Both the position numbers and the translations under genes were made by a program. Below the pieces are notes generated by a model. The model worked only from the letters and a program-made list of their open reading frames with translations, had not been told where the DNA came from and ran no database searches. Below, one piece after another: positions 31,701 through 33,444 of a stretch of DNA of 33,444 nucleotides. Position 1 is the first letter of the stretch. The number at the start of each line of letters is the position of its first letter. The stretch covers positions 1 to 33,444 of the forward strand of contig NW_024705581.1 in assembly GCF_018977255.1 (NCBI RefSeq), read 5' to 3'. The DNA comes from Callorhinchus milii (lineage: Eukaryota).

Positions 31701-33173
31701 GGCGGAGGGACTGTGGGATGGAGTCCCAGAGGGTGGGGGCAGAGAGGCGGGCGAGGAGGGGGATGTGAAGCAGGTTGGAGGAAGCGGGCAGGTTGTTCGG
31801 GGGTTAGGAGGTCACAGAGATAGGGAGGAGCGAGGCAGTGGAGGGCTTTGAAGGCAAGGACCAGGATCTTGATCCATATCCCCTGGGGGAATGGGGAGCA
31901 AACACCAACAACATGCATTTACGCGTCGCCCTTTCACGCGGGACAGTGTCTCGGAGCGCTTAACAGTGGCGGAGATTGACCCCGAGATGGGAGGGGGGGA
32001 GTGGGGTGGGGGGAATGGTGAAGGTGACCGTAAGCTCAGTCGATCGAAGAGGGAGGTCTTGGGCGAGAGGGCAACTTACCAGATCACGTGCCAGAAGCAT
32101 CTCGCTTGTCTGCTCTTCGTCTATCTGCTCGGTCTCCCCGCTGGACTCTGCAAGCGAGACAACAGATTATATCTGTATAGCGCCTTTCACGTCCCGGCCA
32201 GAGTATCACACACGAGAGACACGGCTCAAAGCCCCCCCACCACCCCCACGGTTTTTCTTTGACCGCCAATTTTTTTTTGCCCAGCCGGGCGTCTGACACA
32301 CGCAGAAACCCGTCACCGTTCCTTAAGAGTCTCCAAATCCAACTGAGAACTCCTGGCCTCCCACCTACACATGGAAATTCCCAGAGATAGATTCTCCCTC
32401 TCTCTGTCTCTCCCTGGAGGGGCGCCCCCTGCTTACCTAATTCCGGAGAGTATTAGGTGCAGGTTGGCAAGAGCCGAAGTTTGTGGGGGGGAGCCCAGAG
32501 TGTGCGTTAGGGGTAACCGCTGGAGCTAAAACCGCATAGCTGGCCATTAAAAAAAAGAAATAAATTGGTCACCTCAATCCACGACAGTTTGTGGGGACGC
32601 TGCCGTGCGTAATTGGCTGCCGCGCTTCGCCCAGAAAACACACGCACACAGTCACTCCGCTTTCAGTGTGTCCTGCGGAGGGCGTTTGAGACGCCTTGAA
32701 GACGTGATGAGGGGGCCGCATGAAACGCGAGGAATATTATTGACACGATATAATAAACATTACATCGGTGGTATTATTGTACGATAGCAATTATTACATA
32801 ATTATATGGATGACAATTCTACTGCAACAATTCTTGTAATTATAAACGGGACACAGCGCCTTATCACGGCGTTGAGACGTCTCAAAGCGCTTCACAGGAT
32901 ATGCTGTAAAGTGGAGTGACTGTGTGTGTTTTTAAATGCCCGTATCACCCTCCCCACCACAACCCCTTTCCCCATCCCACTGCCATTTTGCCTCTCTTCC
33001 AACCCATTCCCTCCCTAACCTTTGATAATCTTGCTGGGTGACAGTGACGGCTGCTGTGTGGTCCAGCTGGGGATGATGTGGACTTGAGCTGTCCTTTCGG
33101 ACAAGGTGGAGACAGAGGACCTGTTGCTCACCACCGAAGCCCTGCTCTTCCCAGGGATCTCTGCCTCTTCCAT
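1..33173 (-). CDS. DNAH2: Axonemal dynein heavy chain (DNAH2-like), spliced, 45 coding exons in window, 3'-truncated by window edge
   Basis: Exons join in frame at GT(GC)-AG boundaries. Dynein motifs present: [17 protein letters not shown] (linker), [34 protein letters not shown] (AAA1 Walker A), [10 protein letters not shown] (Walker B), GKTGTGKT (AAA2 P-loop), [35 protein letters not shown]. Tail peptides such as [18 protein letters not shown] and [15 protein letters not shown] match my recollection of DNAH2. Confidence 0.93.
396..1025. repeat. Minisatellite, ~38-bp unit, about 16 copies
   Basis: gatggctggtgaggtgagatggtgggggcctggtgt(ga/tt) in tandem. Confidence 0.95.
1051..1209 (-). CDS. 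DNAH2: DNAH2 coding exon 44 (GC donor)
   Basis: DEVEHFQQM...[15 protein letters not shown]; acceptor cag, donor GGG|gcaagt. Confidence 0.88.
1730..1995 (-). mobile_element. tRNA-derived SINE, partial
   Basis: B-box, (CA)n and central domain; abuts an L2 fragment. Confidence 0.85.
2087..2224 (-). CDS. DNAH2: DNAH2 coding exon 43
   Basis: [25 protein letters not shown]...WLKKRPK; ag/gt (not in the ORF track). Confidence 0.94.
2252..2635 (-). mobile_element. tRNA-derived SINE, near full length
   Basis: Reverse complement of the same head, centre and tail. Confidence 0.88.
2732..2868 (-). CDS. DNAH2: DNAH2 coding exon 42
   Basis: [46 protein letters not shown]; ag/gt. Confidence 0.95.
3020..3530 (-). 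mobile_element. L2-clade LINE 3' fragment (decayed ORF2 C-terminus plus 3' UTR)
   Basis: Translates to LQIVQNSAA...[30 protein letters not shown], the typical C-terminal region of L2 ORF2. Confidence 0.88.
3564..3681 (-). CDS. DNAH2: DNAH2 coding exon 41
   Basis: [39 protein letters not shown]; tag/gt. Confidence 0.94.
3950..4335. repeat. CT-rich low-complexity tract
   Basis: ctctctatctcc-type degenerate repeats. Confidence 0.9.
4348..4566 (-). CDS. DNAH2: DNAH2 coding exon 40 (AAA2 P-loop)
   Basis: LREAIEEEL...[26 protein letters not shown]...YVK; gag/gtgaga. Confidence 0.92.
4963..5088 (-). CDS. DNAH2: DNAH2 coding exon 39
   Basis: [14 protein letters not shown]...[15 protein letters not shown]...DYGK; ag/gt. 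Confidence 0.94.
5145..5525. repeat. Degenerate minisatellite (~20-22 bp)
   Basis: Variants of cctcatctcctcaacttcctgt. Confidence 0.85.
5621..5773 (-). CDS. DNAH2: DNAH2 coding exon 38
   Basis: [10 protein letters not shown]...[15 protein letters not shown]...DEE; ag/gtaagc. Confidence 0.95.
5828..6122 (+). mobile_element. Unclassified repeat family 3, 3' part
   Basis: ggtttagctggttcgactccagg...cctaatactctccgg...(GA)n...gggtttggagacccttaagcaacggtgacgggtttcc...gccgggcaaaa. Confidence 0.8.
6426..6553 (-). CDS. DNAH2: DNAH2 coding exon 37
   Basis: [25 protein letters not shown]...GFNNCK; ag/gt. Confidence 0.95.
6756..6936 (-). CDS. DNAH2: DNAH2 coding exon 36 (AAA1 Walker B, sensor I)
   Basis: [25 protein letters not shown]...GIFITMNP; tag/gt. 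Confidence 0.95.
6945..7480. repeat. Compound (GA)n/(GT)n microsatellite
   Basis: Directly visible in the sequence. Confidence 0.95.
7659..7848 (-). CDS. DNAH2: DNAH2 coding exon 35 (AAA1 Walker A)
   Basis: [11 protein letters not shown]...[19 protein letters not shown]...GLAQ; ag/gt. Confidence 0.95.
8365..8468 (-). CDS. DNAH2: DNAH2 coding exon 34 (start of AAA1)
   Basis: [34 protein letters not shown]; ag/gt. Confidence 0.94.
8928..9116 (-). CDS. DNAH2: DNAH2 coding exon 33
   Basis: [15 protein letters not shown]...VEVHARDV...[13 protein letters not shown]; ag/gt. Confidence 0.94.
9335..9625 (+). mobile_element. Unclassified repeat family 3, 3' part
   Basis: Same blocks as 18110-18400. 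Confidence 0.8.
9665..9775 (-). CDS. DNAH2: DNAH2 coding exon 32
   Basis: [18 protein letters not shown]...KKKQ; ag/gtgagt. Confidence 0.93.
10129..10254 (-). CDS. DNAH2: DNAH2 coding exon 31
   Basis: [14 protein letters not shown]...[11 protein letters not shown]; ag/gtcagt. Confidence 0.93.
10514..10612 (-). CDS. DNAH2: DNAH2 coding exon 30
   Basis: [22 protein letters not shown]...LEGPVE; ag/gt. Confidence 0.92.
10976..11193 (-). CDS. DNAH2: DNAH2 coding exon 29 (linker)
   Basis: [55 protein letters not shown]; ag/gt. Confidence 0.95.
11202..12032. repeat. Compound (CAT)n/(CAA)n trinucleotide tract, ~830 bp
   Basis: Directly visible in the sequence. Confidence 0.97.
12033..12575 (-). 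mobile_element. Unclassified repeat family 3, deleted and interrupted by a SINE tail
   Basis: Reverse-complement match to 17910-18385, with a SINE 3' fragment at about 12240-12352. Confidence 0.75.
12601..12739 (-). CDS. DNAH2: DNAH2 coding exon 28
   Basis: [16 protein letters not shown]...NALRGTHQP; ag/gtaagg. Confidence 0.93.
13053..13233 (-). CDS. DNAH2: DNAH2 coding exon 27
   Basis: [22 protein letters not shown]...VQRQWLYLE; ag/gt. Confidence 0.93.
13590..13672 (-). CDS. DNAH2: DNAH2 coding exon 26
   Basis: [27 protein letters not shown]; ag/gtcagt. Confidence 0.92.
13914..14070 (-). CDS. DNAH2: DNAH2 coding exon 25
   Basis: HWNMIKEEV...[12 protein letters not shown]; ag/gt. Confidence 0.92.
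14075..14430. repeat. Purine-rich (GA/GGA) low-complexity tract
   Basis: Directly visible in the sequence. Confidence 0.9.
14535..14735. repeat. Pentanucleotide repeat (GGGCA/GAGCA)n
   Basis: Directly visible in the sequence. Confidence 0.93.
14830..14933 (-). CDS. DNAH2: DNAH2 coding exon 24
   Basis: DKEWEVV...[15 protein letters not shown]; ag/gtaaga. Confidence 0.92.
15030..15550 (-). mobile_element. L2-clade LINE 3' fragment
   Basis: [22 protein letters not shown]...[18 protein letters not shown]...FKSCL, then a tail ending gtgtaagttgctgttgttgg. Confidence 0.88.
15606..15767 (-). CDS. DNAH2: DNAH2 coding exon 23
   Basis: [23 protein letters not shown]...SREVK; ag/gt. Confidence 0.92.
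16242..16405 (-). CDS. DNAH2: DNAH2 coding exon 22
   Basis: [13 protein letters not shown]...[17 protein letters not shown]; ag/gtgagg. Confidence 0.92.
16500..16815 (+). mobile_element. tRNA-derived SINE with internal deletion
   Basis: Head plus tail ending in (ATT)n; the (CA)n centre is missing. Confidence 0.8.
16965..17375 (+). mobile_element. L2-clade LINE 3' end
   Basis: Decayed GRAFS...WNSIP...LKTFLFD sequence, then ctgtccagcgcctcgggacatcctccggacgtgaaaggcgctgtgtcaatgtcatt(tgt)n. Confidence 0.85.
17555..17729 (-). CDS. DNAH2: DNAH2 coding exon 21
   Basis: [18 protein letters not shown]...LEDFNSR; tag/gt. Confidence 0.92.
17880..18420 (+). mobile_element. Unclassified interspersed repeat (family 3), longest copy, ends in oligo(A)
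   Basis: Six related copies in the window; internal (GA)n; 3' end gtgtcagacacccggctgggcc(A)8; no ORF. Confidence 0.8.
18471..18627 (-). CDS. DNAH2: DNAH2 coding exon 20
   Basis: LQRIPQVL...[21 protein letters not shown]; ag/gtgagt. Confidence 0.9.
19403..19603 (-). CDS. DNAH2: DNAH2 coding exon 19
   Basis: [14 protein letters not shown]...[15 protein letters not shown]...KNGE; ag/gtgaga. Confidence 0.93.
19730..20075 (-). mobile_element. tRNA-derived SINE
   Basis: Head tagctcaggggttaga...cctcgcaagcgagagg...ggttcgattcccggg, (CA)n centre and most of the tail. Confidence 0.88.
20095..20287 (-). CDS. DNAH2: DNAH2 coding exon 18
   Basis: [10 protein letters not shown]...[27 protein letters not shown]; ag/gtaaga. 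Confidence 0.93.
20505..20790 (-). mobile_element. tRNA-derived SINE, partial
   Basis: Head, centre and 5' part of the tail. Confidence 0.85.
20828..20975 (-). CDS. DNAH2: DNAH2 coding exon 17
   Basis: [11 protein letters not shown]...PIHQSI; ag/gtaagc. Confidence 0.92.
21525..21710 (-). CDS. DNAH2: DNAH2 coding exon 16
   Basis: VQQHW...[22 protein letters not shown]...GSPR; ag/gtaact. Confidence 0.92.
22080..22319 (-). CDS. DNAH2: DNAH2 coding exon 15
   Basis: LQLTIDDYK...[10 protein letters not shown]; ag/gtgagg. Confidence 0.92.
22718..22874 (-). CDS. DNAH2: DNAH2 coding exon 14
   Basis: [28 protein letters not shown]...CRLHARQ; ag/gt. Confidence 0.92.
22915..23200. repeat. Minisatellite (~50-62 bp unit, about 5 copies) derived from L2 sequence
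   Basis: Variants of gggagccagtggggcctggcgagggttggggtgacggg...tttagtgggtgtgata. Confidence 0.85.
23266..23412 (-). CDS. DNAH2: DNAH2 coding exon 13
   Basis: [22 protein letters not shown]...VVRDYN; ag/gttagt. Confidence 0.92.
23445..23850 (+). mobile_element. tRNA-derived SINE, near full length (representative copy)
   Basis: A-box-like tagcgtagtgg, B-box ggttcgattcc, ggcaagtttccttactccac-(CA)n-cctctgtttacccagcagtaag central part, aattggctg...gtgaagcgctttgag...aggcgctatatcaaatgcaagg tail ending in (ATT)n. Confidence 0.9.
24115..24329 (-). CDS. DNAH2: DNAH2 coding exon 12
   Basis: [12 protein letters not shown]...GMLNVNFD; ag/gtgagt. Confidence 0.92.
25109..25291 (-). CDS. DNAH2: DNAH2 coding exon 11
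   Basis: [14 protein letters not shown]...[10 protein letters not shown]; ag/gt. Confidence 0.92.
25893..26022 (-). CDS. DNAH2: DNAH2 coding exon 10
   Basis: [21 protein letters not shown]...SARE; ag/gt. Confidence 0.92.
26370..26575 (-). CDS. DNAH2: DNAH2 coding exon 9
   Basis: [11 protein letters not shown]...WHDDYN; ag/gt. Confidence 0.92.
26824..26908 (-). CDS. DNAH2: DNAH2 coding exon 8
   Basis: [28 protein letters not shown]; cag/gtacgt. Confidence 0.88.
27050..27410 (-). mobile_element. Unclassified repeat family 3
   Basis: Reverse-complement match to 18050-18400. Confidence 0.8.
27443..27600 (-). CDS. DNAH2: DNAH2 coding exon 7
   Basis: [22 protein letters not shown]...MHT; tag/gtgagc. 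Confidence 0.88.
27745..28085 (+). mobile_element. tRNA-derived SINE
   Basis: agtggacagagcgctcacctcgcaagcgag head through to the aacgcaaggattat tail. Confidence 0.85.
28103..28533 (-). CDS. DNAH2: DNAH2 coding exon 6
   Basis: [13 protein letters not shown]...[12 protein letters not shown]...[13 protein letters not shown]; ag/gtaata. Confidence 0.92.
28675..28955 (-). mobile_element. SINE 3' two-thirds
   Basis: Central domain plus tail. Further fragments lie at about 128-295, 1410-1520, 6575-6740, 12770-12850, 13260-13385, 21835-21970, 25470-25700, 29770-29950, 30570-31075 and 32560-32930. Confidence 0.85.
29054..29164 (-). CDS. DNAH2: DNAH2 coding exon 5
   Basis: [15 protein letters not shown]...[10 protein letters not shown]; ag/gtgagt. 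Confidence 0.92.
29565..29620 (-). mobile_element. CR1-like LINE 3' terminus (short)
   Basis: Minus strand reads gcaggctcgaagggccgaatagcttacacttgctcctacatgttatgt, resembling my recollection of shark CR1/HER1-type tails. Confidence 0.55.
30247..30475 (-). CDS. DNAH2: DNAH2 coding exon 4
   Basis: [11 protein letters not shown]...[21 protein letters not shown]; ag/gt. Confidence 0.92.
31320..31490 (-). CDS. DNAH2: DNAH2 coding exon 3
   Basis: [18 protein letters not shown]...GTPTQ; ag/gtaagg. Confidence 0.88.
31510..31890 (-). mobile_element. L2-clade LINE 3' end
   Basis: [22 protein letters not shown]...FKTLLFDQ plus tail. Further fragments lie at about 1213-1405, 1520-1730, 3690-3930, 6120-6365, 8570-8885, 10710-10915, 15825-16160, 18710-18885, 19040-19350, 20290-20505, 20990-21270, 24350-24860 and 29180-29555. 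Confidence 0.85.
32080..32147 (-). CDS. DNAH2: DNAH2 coding exon 2
   Basis: ttgcag|...[23 protein letters not shown]|gtaagt; phases 1/0 link exons 1 and 3. Confidence 0.7.
32270..32550 (-). mobile_element. Unclassified repeat family 3, 3' part with oligo(A)
   Basis: (T)9gcccagccgggcgtctgacacac... on the + strand. Confidence 0.8.
33020..33173 (-). CDS. DNAH2: DNAH2 coding exon 1 (putative start exon; exon begins at 33192)
   Basis: Acceptor cctcgcag; in-frame upstream TAA, then [19 protein letters not shown]...SPSKIIK; donor G|gttagg; phase fits the next exon. Confidence 0.65.
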
Positions 33174-33444
33174 CTCTCCGTCCGCTTATTTCCTGCGAGG
33201 GAGACACAGAGAGAGAGAGAGAGAGAGACCATAAGTCTTTTTTTTCCGTACATGACGACGAACGCAGAAGTCTTCTTTTTTTACGCAGCGCGCTTTTACG
33301 CACGTCCGCGCGTTTCGGGGGAAAAGTGGGGGGGTGGGGGAGGAAGTTGTCCCCAAGGCAATGGTGGAGCTGAGCGGGAGAGCGAGCGAGAATACATGGG
33401 GATGGGGGAGGAGGGGGATTATTCTTCCTCTCTGCCTTCATCTC

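Noticed and set aside
1..33173. DNAH2 pseudogene, suggested by heavy TE load and the AAA1 substitution
   Set aside because: All 45 exons splice in frame with no stops or frameshifts, and the Walker motifs are intact.
32932..33441. 169-aa ORF as the DNAH2 N-terminus
   Set aside because: It crosses a (CT)n acceptor tract, and its frame does not join exon 2 in phase at the donor. The MEEAEIPGK frame does.

Overview
Eukaryotic (vertebrate) genomic DNA. The whole window is the 5' half of an axonemal dynein heavy chain gene, best matching DNAH2, on the minus strand. I traced 45 coding exons by hand, from a putative ATG at 33173 to a partial exon running off the window at position 1. Together they give about 7.2 kb of CDS (~2410 aa) with consistent intron phases and no stops, covering the tail, linker, AAA1 and AAA2. 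The introns are short and almost entirely repeats: a tRNA-derived SINE, 5'-truncated L2-clade LINE fragments that share a 3' stem-loop with that SINE, a third unclassified structured poly(A)-ended element, a CR1-like tail, and mini/microsatellites. The repeat complement suggests a cartilaginous fish, possibly a holocephalan (inference only). No prokaryotic system, CRISPR array or true tRNA gene is supported. The most notable observations are: retroelement 3' tails repeatedly forming the sequence directly upstream of exon acceptors, the unclassified structured repeat, a Pro-to-Gln change in the AAA1 TPLTDR motif, and one GC-AG intron. Exon boundaries were read by eye; repeat boundaries are approximate.
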